Shown in pieces: positions 1-10,335 of a stretch of 64,000 nucleotides of DNA; position 1 is the stretch's first letter; each line of letters starts with the position of its first letter. A model generated the notes under the pieces. That model was given only the letters and a program-made list of their open reading frames with translations, had not been told where the DNA came from and did not search any database. The DNA is from an uncultured virus (IMG/VR IMGVR_UViG_3300028394_000069) (Duplodnaviria > Heunggongvirae > Uroviricota > Caudoviricetes), in IMG/VR virus record IMGVR_UViG_3300028394_000069; one strand, 5' to 3'. The position numbers were made by a program, and so were the translations under genes.

Positions 1-2
1 CG

Positions 3-953
3 GGATATACTCAAGAGTTTTTAATTTTTGATTCGCAGTTATACGAAAAAAATAAAGGGATTCGACTTGATCATTTATTTACAATTTCAAATTCATCTTA
101 TACTCAAGCACAAAAACTAGCACAGTCTCCTCCTAGTCCGAGTATGGGGTTTACAGCTGAAACTCCTAGCGCTGTATATGTTGTAACCACTGAAGTACCT
201 AAATCAGTTTTTGCATCATCTTCTTCTTTATCAAGCGTATTTACAATTAATATGGATGCGTTTGATATTATAGATCAAACTATATATAGCAGTATTACAA
301 GTTTTAATACAAGTTTATCTACTTATTTTACACCAACAAAGCAGAGAGTATTAACCAAGCAAAGTGAACCAACAACAGTAACCACATATAATAATGCTTT
401 TGATTATGATATAATGGACTATAGGAAAGTTATTGATGTAACTGAATTTGAAGAAGGTTCATCTAATGGAGTTAATACACTATTTACACTTGAACAAACA
501 CTCGCGCAACAAACTTATTTTAGTTATGCTTTAGGTAATTTTGGATTTGATTTAGTGTCTTGGTATACTGTTAAAGAATTTATTGATACACGTGAAAAAA
601 TGCTAGCGACAAGAAAAGATATTAGCTTTGATCCTCGTACTCAATATATGCAAATGTATCCGCAACCTAATGTAAGTCGTTTTTATGGGGTTATAACCTG
701 TTACGTAGAGCGACCTATTAGAGATTTAATTAAAGAACAATGGGTATATAAATATGCATCTGCTCTATGTAAGATAGTAATTGGTAGAGTTCGAGGTAAG
801 TTCACAGGAGTGTCATTACTCGGTGGTGGCTCTCTTAACACTGACTTATTAGCCGAAGGTATAGGTGAAAGAGACGCACTCGAAAAAATGTTATTAGAAG
901 GAGCTTCTCCAGGAGCGGGAGACGCGGATCCCTGCTGTTTTTTTGTAGGTTAA
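3..953 (+). CDS. T4 gp13-like neck protein, 5'-truncated by the window edge
   Basis: Frame is open from nt 3. The C-terminus WVYKYASALCK..GRVRGKF.GVSLLGGGSLN...FFVG resembles T4-like neck proteins, and the gene lies in the head cluster. Confidence 0.8.
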   Translation, partial: GYTQEFLIFDSQLYEKNKGIRLDHLFTISNSSYTQAQKLAQSPPSPSMGFTAETPSAVYVVTTEVPKSVFASSSSLSSVFTINMDAFDIIDQTIYSSITSFNTSLSTYFTPTKQRVLTKQSEPTTVTTYNNAFDYDIMDYRKVIDVTEFEEGSSNGVNTLFTLEQTLAQQTYFSYALGNFGFDLVSWYTVKEFIDTREKMLATRKDISFDPRTQYMQMYPQPNVSRFYGVITCYVERPIRDLIKEQWVYKYASALCKIVIGRVRGKFTGVSLLGGGSLNTDLLAEGIGERDALEKMLLEGASPGAGDADPCCFFVG

Positions 954-988
954 GCGGATTAGTTACACCTATAGTTATAAATATTAAT

Positions 989-1825
989 ATGAATAAGAGA
1001 TTATTTTTATTATTAAAAGAACATAATATTACAGGATTAAAATATTTATGTAAACATTATGGAACTAAAGCATCCTGTATGTTATATCCAGGTAGCGGTA
1101 CAAGATGGAGAGCACATTTACGTAAACATGGTTATGATATACATACAACTATTTTATACGAAACAGATAGTAAAGAATATTTTAAACAAAAAGGTCTTGA
1201 ATATTCATTATTATATAATGTTGTTCTCTCAAAAGAGTTTGCAAATTTAGTACCTGAAGATGGTTCTGGTGGGCATGAATCTATGAGATCACCAGAAGTG
1301 AGAGAAAAGGCAAAGCTTACACTTAATACTAGATTAGCGGCTGGTAACTATACAGAAAAGGAATTACAGCGAGGTATAAATAATAAACATCGAATAGCAA
1401 CATATGGCTTTACCGATAAAGAATTGACAGCACATAAGCTCACAAGCGAGAGACAACTTAACAAAACAATGCAGGAGCGATTAGGTGATCCGGATTATAT
1501 TAATCCTCTTAAAGGTAAAACAGCAAAAGAAATATGTGGAGCTAAATATAACGGACCTTGGAATAAAGGACGTACAATGAATGAACTAAAAGGAGCAGAA
1601 TATATAGATCCGAGAAATAAACCATTTATTATAACATCTCATTTAGGTATACATACATATAAAAATGAGAGAGAGTTTATTCAAACTCAGCATTTTCGTG
1701 GTCCACTATTAACTAAATTAAAGCGAAACGGTAAGTGGATTATAAAAAGACAATCTAATACGCTACATCCGTATCAGCATGGTGAGACAATTTATTTTAA
1801 ATACTGTAATGAACAACTCCCCTAA
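989..1825 (+). CDS. Free-standing GIY-YIG-like (Seg-type) homing endonuclease
   Basis: N-terminal HNITGLKYLCK...YPGSG..W..HL.KHG...E...FANL pattern, NUMOD-like PWNKG repeats, and TATAAATA just upstream. Confidence 0.7.
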   Translation: MNKRLFLLLKEHNITGLKYLCKHYGTKASCMLYPGSGTRWRAHLRKHGYDIHTTILYETDSKEYFKQKGLEYSLLYNVVLSKEFANLVPEDGSGGHESMRSPEVREKAKLTLNTRLAAGNYTEKELQRGINNKHRIATYGFTDKELTAHKLTSERQLNKTMQERLGDPDYINPLKGKTAKEICGAKYNGPWNKGRTMNELKGAEYIDPRNKPFIITSHLGIHTYKNEREFIQTQHFRGPLLTKLKRNGKWIIKRQSNTLHPYQHGETIYFKYCNEQLP

Positions 1826-2258
1826 TAATCCAAAGTACAAGCAAGGCATTTACAAGCCAAAATATCCTAATAAATTAATAGGATCAAAAGCTATATATCG
1901 TTCTGGTCTAGAATTAAAGTTCTTTAGATTTTGTGACTTTAATCCTAATATAATTCAATGGGGAAGTGAAAACGTTATAATACCTTATATAAGCCCTGTG
2001 GACGGTAAAATGCATCGATATTATGTTGATAATTATGTTGCGATACGCGAAGGTACGGTGATAAAGAAATATCTTATAGAAATAAAACCTTTTAAACAGA
2101 CATTACCCCCTGCTACTAAGTACAGAAAAAAACAACACTTAGTATATGATCAAGCTCAATATATAGTAAATCAAGCAAAGTGGGAGAGTGCTAATGAATA
2201 TTGTAAAAAAAATAAACTTAATTTTCTTATATTAACAGAGAAAGAGTTAAAAAATTAA
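1809..2258 (+). CDS. Head completion protein (T4 gp4-like, TnsA/PD-(D/E)XK fold)
   Basis: YKQG.YKPKYP.K, YRSGLE, WGSE.V.IPY.SPVD...HRYYVD, EIKP and NQAKW motifs. Confidence 0.9.
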   Translation: MNNSPNNPKYKQGIYKPKYPNKLIGSKAIYRSGLELKFFRFCDFNPNIIQWGSENVIIPYISPVDGKMHRYYVDNYVAIREGTVIKKYLIEIKPFKQTLPPATKYRKKQHLVYDQAQYIVNQAKWESANEYCKKNKLNFLILTEKELKN

Positions 2259-2263
2259 ATAAA

Positions 2264-3934
2264 CTAGACGGTGTACTCAAATACACAGTGCCCACAATCC
2301 CAAACTCTAAAGTAATTGTTGTCTCGCATATTTTCATACTCTGTTTTATTTTCATCATAGTTTTCTAATTTGTTTTTTAGTAAATGTTTTGCAAAATTAT
2401 AGCGGTGGTGTAACTTATATGCTTTAGTATTAAAATACCAATATGAGGGAGCAGAATCACGTAAATGCTTAAACCCATTTATATTATATACATTTCCTCG
2501 ACTATACCGTTTATCTGCATATGTCTTAATAGTAGAAATATTGTGTTGTTTGCTATAGAATTTAATAAGTTTAGAGAATCCCCCGACAACATTTACTCCT
2601 GATTTTACACAGTATCTTAAAAGTTCATGATCTACTGAACCGGTAATTTTTCGAGTACCAAATGTCATAATAGATAACAACTCATCATTATAATATAATC
2701 CAATACATATCGAAGCTCTATCATTACCTTGCATATGATATGTGTCTAAGAACATTTTCTTTTCTACATTAGATACATATTTAATAATCGTTTTTCTACC
2801 ATGTACCTTACGTGTATTAAGATTTAATTTATTTTCTAAGATTGACTTAATAATCGAAAACTTTGTATCAATTTCAGTATCATAAAAATGTAAGAGTGTA
2901 ATACCTTGCTCGAAGCAAGTAGCTGTTTTATTTAAATGATAATCTTTTGAATATTTACCATTATCTCGATCACGATGCCAATATAACCCATTTACTTCTA
3001 TTGCGATATTTTGTTTAGGTAAGAAAATATCTATCTCAAACATACCCTTATCACTTTTAATTTTTTTATGTTTCTGGTATTCTATATTATATTTATCTAA
3101 TAAATTAGTAATTTTTAACTCTTGTTGTGAGCCTCTATAAACGCGACAGCTATCACATATATCTTGTGAGATTCGAGATTGTTCAGGTGATGCGTAAAAA
3201 TCACCATGTAAGTTACAATTTATAAGTAACGGAGCATAACATCCATTATACTCAGACTTAATAGTATAATTAGGCCATTTATCTTTAAACGCATTAAAAA
3301 ACATATTACTATTATTTTTTAATAAATCTTGCTTCATACATTTTTTACAATGATATCCACGTAAAAATTCTTTTGGCGTAATACTATATATACCGTGTTG
3401 TTTACAAGTAATTTTAACGGGTTCAGTATTACAATTATATAATATATTATCATATAAATATCTATCATTATAGATCTCTCGAGCTTTCATAATAAAATCT
3501 TGATTATTACTTCGGCTTTTGTTAGAGAGTTTTTCAAACAAACAATGTTTACATTTAGTTCGGTTTGTATATATATCGTACGGCTTTTGCTTAAATTCGT
3601 AGTTATGTTTCTTACATAACACCGTTATAGGTATACGTGAATTTATATAATCAGCTTCACAGAATTGTAAATTTACGCGATTAGTATCGGAAACTTTATC
3701 AATGAATTCTGTGTAGGTGGGGGTTGTAGATTTAGCACCTAGCTGTGTACCACATTTAGGGCAGCCGCTTTGTCTTAAATGGTTATCTGCTAACACATAA
3801 AAATCTCCATGATGTACACATGTCACTATTATTTTATCTCTTGTTGTAGTGTATAGAGTTTTTGAATAGTTATATTGATTATTATGCTTTACAATACATC
3901 TTGCAACAAATTCTTCTTGGGTAAGTCTAGCCAT
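2264..3934 (-). CDS. Homing endonuclease-like protein with repeated C..HG/CxxC zinc modules and a PD-(D/E)XK domain (Hef-like)
   Basis: Four C..H(G)..F...CxxC repeats followed by EIDIFLP...AIEVNGLYWH. Inserted antisense within the head operon. Confidence 0.7.
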   Translation of the reverse strand: MARLTQEEFVARCIVKHNNQYNYSKTLYTTTRDKIIVTCVHHGDFYVLADNHLRQSGCPKCGTQLGAKSTTPTYTEFIDKVSDTNRVNLQFCEADYINSRIPITVLCKKHNYEFKQKPYDIYTNRTKCKHCLFEKLSNKSRSNNQDFIMKAREIYNDRYLYDNILYNCNTEPVKITCKQHGIYSITPKEFLRGYHCKKCMKQDLLKNNSNMFFNAFKDKWPNYTIKSEYNGCYAPLLINCNLHGDFYASPEQSRISQDICDSCRVYRGSQQELKITNLLDKYNIEYQKHKKIKSDKGMFEIDIFLPKQNIAIEVNGLYWHRDRDNGKYSKDYHLNKTATCFEQGITLLHFYDTEIDTKFSIIKSILENKLNLNTRKVHGRKTIIKYVSNVEKKMFLDTYHMQGNDRASICIGLYYNDELLSIMTFGTRKITGSVDHELLRYCVKSGVNVVGGFSKLIKFYSKQHNISTIKTYADKRYSRGNVYNINGFKHLRDSAPSYWYFNTKAYKLHHRYNFAKHLLKNKLENYDENKTEYENMRDNNYFRVWDCGHCVFEYTV

Positions 3935-4058
3935 ATATAGTAATTATATACTATAGACAGTCATTTACGACTTTAAAGTTAAATTAGTTTTTTATTAGTT
4001 ATATATACAATAGTGAATAAAACCTTTATAAAATTAAAAAATGATATAAATAAAATAT

Positions 4059-4724
4059 ATGGCATTAAAACTTAACCTTCTTGTTGAAAAACCTGCTCTA
4101 GAAGACAATTTTGAATATATTTTAGAAGAAACAAACCGCAATACTCCTTCAGCCTTATATATAAAAGGTCCATATATGATGGCAGAAGGAGTTAATAAGA
4201 ATAAGAGACTGTATCCCATAGACGAGTTAAGAGGCGAAGTAAAGAGATATAATGAGGAGATGATAACACCAGGACGCGCGATGGGAGAGCTTAATCATCC
4301 TGCATCTGCTGATGTTGATCTTGAAAGAGCATGTCATATTGTTACAGAACTATATGAACAAGACAATGTATTTTTCGGTAAGTCAAAAGTACTAACTACA
4401 CCTTGCGGGCAAATAGTAAGATCTTTAATTAACGACGGTGTAAAAGTAGGAATGTCTTCGCGTGCGTTAGGTACTTTAGAAGAATCAAGAGGCCATAATG
4501 TTGTACGTAACATGAGACTTGTTGCTGTTGATTGTGTTGCTGACCCATCTTTTCCTAAAGCATTTGTTAACGGCATACTTGAATCTAAACAATGGGTATT
4601 AGCTGATAGCGGAAAATATGAAGAAGCATATTCTAAATTTGAAAAAAACATCGGTAAATTACCTATGAAAGATGTTGATGTATATCTTAGAGAACAAATT
4701 TTAAAATTTATTAGTAATTTTTAA
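4059..4724 (+). CDS. Prohead protease (T4 gp21-like)
   Basis: NKNKRLYP, GELNHP, GMSSRALG and DCVADPS motifs. Confidence 0.95.
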   Translation: MALKLNLLVEKPALEDNFEYILEETNRNTPSALYIKGPYMMAEGVNKNKRLYPIDELRGEVKRYNEEMITPGRAMGELNHPASADVDLERACHIVTELYEQDNVFFGKSKVLTTPCGQIVRSLINDGVKVGMSSRALGTLEESRGHNVVRNMRLVAVDCVADPSFPKAFVNGILESKQWVLADSGKYEEAYSKFEKNIGKLPMKDVDVYLREQILKFISNF

Positions 4725-4766
4725 GAAGCATAGAGTATAAAACGATAATAAAGTATAAATAAATAT

Positions 4767-5081
4767 ATGGCTAAACTTAAAAAAACCAAAAAACCTGCTA
4801 AGGTGATTGCCAAAAAGAAGACTGTAGTAAAAGGCAAGGCTAAAATAAATCCGAAAGCTGATCTTAACAAAGATTCAAAGATTTCAAAGTATGAAGGTAA
4901 ACGAGCAGCTGCTATAGAAAAAGGTAAAAAGAAAGCCTTAAAAGAATCAGTTGATATAGCTAACTTTATTTACGCGCTTTCAACAAAAAATTATGCTCAA
5001 GCTAATAAATATTTAGTACAGGCCGTCGAGAGTAAGATTTCTAATAGAATCGATCAAGCCATTAACACCCCTTTATTCTAG
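4767..5081 (+). CDS. Small basic protein, probable prohead core component
   Basis: Lys-rich N-terminus, DLNKDSKISKYE loop, LKE putative cleavage site. Lies between gp21 and gp22 with TATAAATA upstream. Confidence 0.5.
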   Translation: MAKLKKTKKPAKVIAKKKTVVKGKAKINPKADLNKDSKISKYEGKRAAAIEKGKKKALKESVDIANFIYALSTKNYAQANKYLVQAVESKISNRIDQAINTPLF

Positions 5082-5082
5082 T

Positions 5083-5931
5083 ATGAAAATAACAAACATG
5101 TTAACAGATGATGTAAAGCAGATTCTTAGTGAAGAATCTATTAGTGCAATTCAAGATGCTTTTCAAAGTAAGACAGATCTTCTTATTGAAGCTGCTTTAG
5201 TTGAACAAGACAGTCTTTATGCTGAAAAGCTAGAGCAATTAATAACTGCTATTGATGTTGATCATACTAAGAAGCTAAAAAAAGTAATAGAAGCTGTTGA
5301 TCTCTCTAATGCTAAAAAGCTTTTAAATGTTGTTAATAGATATGAAACAGAAATTAATACTAAAGCAAAAGATTTTAAAGACAATATTATTGAATCTGTT
5401 TCTAGTTATTTAGAAGAGTATATTGATGAAGCTATTCCAGCAGAAGCCATTTTAGAAGCTACAAAGAATCGTACAGCAGCTACTGTTCTCCAGAACTTAA
5501 GGAAAGTACTCGCTGTTGACTCAGCTCTTATGAGTGAATCTGTTAAAGGTGCTGTAGTAGATGGTAAGAATCAAATTACTGAATTGACTACTAAAGTAGC
5601 GAAATTAGAAGCTGAAAATACTATTATAAAAGAAAATTATAATAAAATTAAAGCTAATGCAATACTCGAAAGTAAAACAAGCCATCTTACAGCTAAAAAG
5701 AAAGATTATCTTAAGAGAGTCTTAGGAGATAAGAGTCCTAAATTTATTGAAGAAAACTTCGATTATACTTTAAGATTATTTGAAAGAAAAGATCAAGACA
5801 GAATAAATATGATAAAGGAAGAAGCATTTGACAATCGTAAGGTTAAAGCAGATGCTCCTCAAGAAATACAACAAGAGTCAACATCACGATATAAAAACCC
5901 GTATGTTGATGAACTACAACGCTTTAAATAA
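5083..5931 (+). CDS. Prohead scaffolding protein (T4 gp22-like)
   Basis: Coiled-coil and E/K-rich, contains VSSYLEEY, immediately upstream of the major capsid gene. Confidence 0.85.
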   Translation: MKITNMLTDDVKQILSEESISAIQDAFQSKTDLLIEAALVEQDSLYAEKLEQLITAIDVDHTKKLKKVIEAVDLSNAKKLLNVVNRYETEINTKAKDFKDNIIESVSSYLEEYIDEAIPAEAILEATKNRTAATVLQNLRKVLAVDSALMSESVKGAVVDGKNQITELTTKVAKLEAENTIIKENYNKIKANAILESKTSHLTAKKKDYLKRVLGDKSPKFIEENFDYTLRLFERKDQDRINMIKEEAFDNRKVKADAPQEIQQESTSRYKNPYVDELQRFK

Positions 5932-6035
5932 CAATTTATCCGGAATTATGAGGTGGTAACACCTGAGTACCATGAAGTAAGAAAAATAATTCTCATTTCA
6001 TGAGGTCGAAAAGAAAGGAAATAATAAATAAACAT

Positions 6036-7484
6036 ATGAATAAACCTCAAACATTTATAGATAAAAATAAAGCTGAACGCTTGCTCGAAAAGTGGGCGCC
6101 AGTACTTGATTTTAAATCTGATTCTATTAAGGAAATTAAAGACGAGCATACCCGTTGGAGTACAGCAGTACTTCTTGAGAACCAAGAGCAATATTGCTTT
6201 GAGCAATCTGCTGGTGGTGCTGGTGGTGCTTTTGGTAGTGGTCAAAACTACAACCCAGCGGGTGGTAGTATTACTAGCTCAGACAGTTATGCTACTGGTG
6301 ACTCTCGTCTACCTAAGATCCTTATTCCAATGATTCGTCGTACGTTCCCCGAACTCATCTCGAATGAAATCGTCGGCGTTCAACCTATGTCTGGTCCAGT
6401 CGGTCTTGCTTTTGCCTTGCGCTATAAGTATGACTCAACTGGTCTTGCCACTGGTGGTGTCGATGGTGGTGCTTCTGCTCCTGGAACTCGTTACAACCAG
6501 CCTCTATCTTACGGTAGTACTCCTGGTAATAACGAATTAGGATACCAGCACCTTGATACTCGCTTCACTGGTGTGTCTTCTTCTGCTCTATCAGGCAATG
6601 CTGCTTGGTCATTTGTTGCACAAGATAACGGTGTTGCTGAGATTCTTAAAAACTTCGAAATTCAGAACAACATTCCACAGGTTAACGTAACCTTCGAAAA
6701 GACAGCTGTTGAAGCTGGTACTCGTCGGTTAGGTGCTCGTTGGTCTGTTGAGCTTGAACAAGATCTTAAGAACATGAACGGTATTGATATCGATTCTGAA
6801 ATTACAAACGCTATGTCGTATGAAATTCAGGCCGAAATTGACCGTGAAATGATTATGCGGATGATTCAAACTGCCCTTAACGCTCCTGCTGGTCAAGGCT
6901 ATTCCTTCTGGAATCCTGCATCTGCTGATGGTCGTTGGTTAGTTGAACGTAATAGAGACTTCTATCAACGTATCGTTATTGAAGCTAACAGAATTGCAAC
7001 GCGTAATCGTCGTGGTTCTGCTAACTTCATTGTTGCAACTCCTCGTGTCTGTGCTATACTTGAAATGCTCCCTGAATTCCAGTGGGTACCTGTTCAAGGC
7101 GATGTAAACACACAGCCAGTTGGTATTGCAAAGATCGGTGCTATTGGCGGACGTTTCAGCGTATATCGTGATACTCGTACTGAAGTTCAAAACGCAACAT
7201 ATTATGGCTCTAATTTAGGCTACTCTACTGCTAACACAATTGAGTATGCCTTACTTGGCTATAAGGGTCCTGAATTCTACGATACTGGTATCATCTACTG
7301 TCCTTACATTCCGATTATGGTACAGAGAACCATTGGTCCTAATGACTTCGCTCCTCGTGTTGGCTTGCTTACACGATATGGCGTAGTCGATAACATTTTT
7401 GGTGCTAACCTCTACTACCACGTCGTAATTATTCAAGGTCTCGGTCAGGCGTTTACGCCAGCCAACCAGTCGGTCTACTTCTGA
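6036..7484 (+). CDS. Major capsid protein (T4 gp23-like)
   Basis: LLEKWAPVL, LLENQ, GVQPMSGPVGLAFALR, ELEQDLK, YCPYIP and TRYG motifs. Confidence 0.98.
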   Translation: MNKPQTFIDKNKAERLLEKWAPVLDFKSDSIKEIKDEHTRWSTAVLLENQEQYCFEQSAGGAGGAFGSGQNYNPAGGSITSSDSYATGDSRLPKILIPMIRRTFPELISNEIVGVQPMSGPVGLAFALRYKYDSTGLATGGVDGGASAPGTRYNQPLSYGSTPGNNELGYQHLDTRFTGVSSSALSGNAAWSFVAQDNGVAEILKNFEIQNNIPQVNVTFEKTAVEAGTRRLGARWSVELEQDLKNMNGIDIDSEITNAMSYEIQAEIDREMIMRMIQTALNAPAGQGYSFWNPASADGRWLVERNRDFYQRIVIEANRIATRNRRGSANFIVATPRVCAILEMLPEFQWVPVQGDVNTQPVGIAKIGAIGGRFSVYRDTRTEVQNATYYGSNLGYSTANTIEYALLGYKGPEFYDTGIIYCPYIPIMVQRTIGPNDFAPRVGLLTRYGVVDNIFGANLYYHVVIIQGLGQAFTPANQSVYF

Positions 7485-7522
7485 TAGTTGATAATCAACG
7501 AGTTATAAGAATCAATAATAAT

Positions 7523-7554
7523 AAACCCGCGGGAGATTGCTCTCCCGCGGGTTT
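7523..7554 (+). terminator. Intrinsic terminator after gp23
   Basis: aaacccgcgggaga-ttgc-tctcccgcgggttt perfect hairpin. Confidence 0.9.
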
Positions 7555-7631
7555 CCTTATATATTAAAATAATGTTAGAGCAATTTTGAATAAATATGAT
7601 ATAATATAGTTGGTTGGTATTAAGTATACAT

Positions 7632-8399
7632 ATGAAGACTTATCGTAAAAATAAAACATTCACAGATGAACAAAAACAAGAAATTATTTCATATGCTCTA
7701 GAACATGGTATTTGGTCAGTAAAAAAGCAGTTTAACGTTTGGCCAGAGACCGTAAGATATTGGATAGATCCTGACTTACGTGAAGTTAAAAAACAACAAA
7801 ACAAAATTAAATATGATACACTAGGTAAGACACCTGAACAAATAAAGTATAACAAGAAATATCAAGACTATCGAGTAGAGACAGGGATAAATCTTAAAAA
7901 AAGAGAGGAGCGAGAGAATAGCCTAACACCTGAACAAAGACAGAAACGTAATATAGCTATTAAACAGCACCGACTCAATAACTTAGAACATTACACAATA
8001 TTAGCTGCAGCTCGATATAAAAAGCAACAACATGCTGGAGAATATAGAAAAAGATATAATGAAGATCCATTGTATAAGTTAAGATGTAATATACGAGAGC
8101 ATGTTAGAGTTGCTGTTAAATATGCACAAGTCTCAAAGACTCACTCTTCTATTCTATATTTAGGTTGTACTATAGAAGAGTTTAAACAACATATTGAGAA
8201 ACAATTTGTTAAAGGTATGACATGGGATAATCATTCAAGAGGTGAGTATTGTTGGCATTTAGATCATATTAAACCACTCGCAAAACTAATTAATATAAAT
8301 GACGATAATACGTTACGTGAAATATGTCATTATACTAATTATCAACCGCTTTGGGAAAAAGATAATCTCTCTAAACAAGATAAATATGACAACAAATAA
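7632..8399 (+). CDS. HNH/EndoVII-like endonuclease with an N-terminal HTH-like domain
   Basis: C-terminal YLGC...GMTWDN...WHLDHIKP...HYTNYQPLW..DNLSK. Confidence 0.8.
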   Translation: MKTYRKNKTFTDEQKQEIISYALEHGIWSVKKQFNVWPETVRYWIDPDLREVKKQQNKIKYDTLGKTPEQIKYNKKYQDYRVETGINLKKREERENSLTPEQRQKRNIAIKQHRLNNLEHYTILAAARYKKQQHAGEYRKRYNEDPLYKLRCNIREHVRVAVKYAQVSKTHSSILYLGCTIEEFKQHIEKQFVKGMTWDNHSRGEYCWHLDHIKPLAKLININDDNTLREICHYTNYQPLWEKDNLSKQDKYDNK

Positions 8400-9603
8400 C
8401 AGTATACAAACATATCGTAAACAGCAAACATTCACTCATGAACAAAAACAAGAAATTATTTCATATGCGCTAGAACACGGTATATCTTCTGTTAAGGCAA
8501 AGTTTAACGTATGGCCTGATACTGTAAGATATTGGATAGATCCTAGTAAAATTAGAGCCAAAGCAAAAGCAAGACATAAAGAATTAACAGTAGAGCAAAA
8601 GCAATACAACAAAGAATATCGAGAATATCGAGCAGCAAAAGGTATAACTCATAAAAAATGGAAAGAGTGGTATAATAATTTAACACCTGAACGTAGACTA
8701 GAACATAATAACTACATGAAACAGCATCGTTTAGAAAAGAAAAATAGTAATAAAATACCGCAAAGTAATAATTTAAACACAGAAGAATTACAATATGTAT
8801 ATACCCTACAAGAATGTTTAAAAGAGTTTAAAAATATTACACGTAATACGGGTAACTATAGCGCTGCTCCAGCTAATAATAGAATAGTATTGACTAATCA
8901 ACAACATTTTTATCATATTGAACGCGAACTTTTTAAAAATCCTGTAATACAAGAAAGACTTATATTAAATAGGCAAAAATATCTATTTAAAGATACGTTT
9001 AATCATAAAGAATTATTGCGTGGGTTTAAAATATCAGGTATACATATTGGGTATTCACATTTTTCACCTCTTTGGATTAAAAAATTTATTGAAGATACTA
9101 ATGTAACAACAATATATGATCCATGTGGAGGGTGGGGACATAGATTTATTGGCGCTGCAGCTTGTAATATAAATTATATCTATAATGATATTTGGACAGA
9201 GTCATGTAGTGGTATTAAAAAAATTGCTAATACAATACACTATACCGATAAGCTAACCATATATAATCAAGATTGTACTAATTTTACACCGCAAGAAAAT
9301 TATGATTGTGTTTTTACATGTCCTCCATACCATAATGTAGAAATTTATAATACCGGTAAATATAGTAGTCTTGACGAGTATAAGTCTTTTATTGTTAATC
9401 TTATAAAAAAATCCATCAAGCCTTCTGTTAAATATATTGGTATTGTTATTAATAATACATATAAGCAAATAATTTGTGAAGCTATTCCTGATACATTTAA
9501 ATTGATACAAGAACAGATCCTAGGTTCAACAAACGCTATATCACACTTCAATAAAAATACATCTACAAAGCAAGAAATACTATTAATATATCAACAATCA
9601 TAA
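8386..9603 (+). CDS. Amino (m6A/m4C) DNA methyltransferase whose N-terminal domain is paralogous to the upstream endonuclease
   Basis: Motif I IYDPCGGWG and motif IV FTCPPY. The first ~120 aa align with ORF 7632-8399. Confidence 0.8.
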   Translation: MTTNNSIQTYRKQQTFTHEQKQEIISYALEHGISSVKAKFNVWPDTVRYWIDPSKIRAKAKARHKELTVEQKQYNKEYREYRAAKGITHKKWKEWYNNLTPERRLEHNNYMKQHRLEKKNSNKIPQSNNLNTEELQYVYTLQECLKEFKNITRNTGNYSAAPANNRIVLTNQQHFYHIERELFKNPVIQERLILNRQKYLFKDTFNHKELLRGFKISGIHIGYSHFSPLWIKKFIEDTNVTTIYDPCGGWGHRFIGAAACNINYIYNDIWTESCSGIKKIANTIHYTDKLTIYNQDCTNFTPQENYDCVFTCPPYHNVEIYNTGKYSSLDEYKSFIVNLIKKSIKPSVKYIGIVINNTYKQIICEAIPDTFKLIQEQILGSTNAISHFNKNTSTKQEILLIYQQS

Positions 9604-9643
9604 TAAAGTATTATATTTTGTACAAAAAGACATAAATAATAGT

Positions 9644-10060
9644 ATGGCATTTATTTCATATAACAATCAAGCTCTTTCCGCTTTTGGGCAAACACCTGCT
9701 AATCTTAGTTGGTCTGTATCTGGTACTGGGTTACCTAAAACTGTTGAACTACTTACTGTTGGGACAGGTCCTCTTAATGTAGCTTCTTTAAGTGCTAAGC
9801 AGGTAAGAGGTCTTTTATTTAATTCATTAACTAACCCTGCATCCGGAACTGGTATTACGGCAACACTATCTGCATTTAATGGTACTACTTTTAGAGTTGA
9901 TAGAGCATATCAAGGCGCTACCTTAAGTTTGTTGTATACAGACAACACGTCTACGCTGTTTGTTTGTCAAACTGGTACTACTGTTCAGTCTTTAACTGCA
10001 AACGGTTTTGACAGTGTCTCTCCGCAGGCTAGACGTCTTGCATTGCTAGGAATGCTCTAA
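9644..10060 (+). CDS. Hypothetical late/structural protein
   Basis: S/T/G-rich, with a TAAATA late-type promoter upstream and a terminator downstream. Confidence 0.6.
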   Translation: MAFISYNNQALSAFGQTPANLSWSVSGTGLPKTVELLTVGTGPLNVASLSAKQVRGLLFNSLTNPASGTGITATLSAFNGTTFRVDRAYQGATLSLLYTDNTSTLFVCQTGTTVQSLTANGFDSVSPQARRLALLGML

Positions 10061-10070
10061 GAAATTACAC

Positions 10071-10110
10071 AAAAAAAAGCGGTGATGTTTTTAGCATCAC
10101 CGCTTTTTTT
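10071..10110. terminator. Bidirectional intrinsic terminator
   Basis: A8-gcggtgatg...catcaccgc-T7 between convergent genes. Confidence 0.9.
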
Positions 10111-10132
10111 ATCTATTAATATAAGCTATGTA

Positions 10133-10321
10133 TTATTGTAGTTGGGATTCAGCTTTGACTTTTTCTGCTTCAGCTTGTTCGATTTGCGTAAGGATGGCAA
10201 TTGCTCCTTTGAGTTGGGTTTCTTCCGTCTCCAGTTGTTTAAGCCGTTCGCGTAGATCATACTGTTCTGCGAGGTTGGTGTTGCGACTATTTACTAGGTT
10301 TGTTTTGTATGCTTGGTTCAT
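10133..10321 (-). CDS. Small coiled-coil protein (possible fibre chaperone)
   Basis: Heptad-like sequence downstream of the fibre-like gene. Confidence 0.5.
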   Translation of the reverse strand: MNQAYKTNLVNSRNTNLAEQYDLRERLKQLETEETQLKGAIAILTQIEQAEAEKVKAESQLQ

Positions 10322-10335
10322 AAATTAGTTATGGT

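Noticed and set aside
5960..6012. Hammerhead ribozyme upstream of gp23
   Set aside because: CTGAGTA does not match the CUGANGA core and the required stems are not evident.
6000..6035. ORF-track N-terminal extensions (6000, 7614, 8299, 13927, 18895, 30672, 42289)
   Set aside because: Downstream starts fit promoter positions and gene overlaps better.
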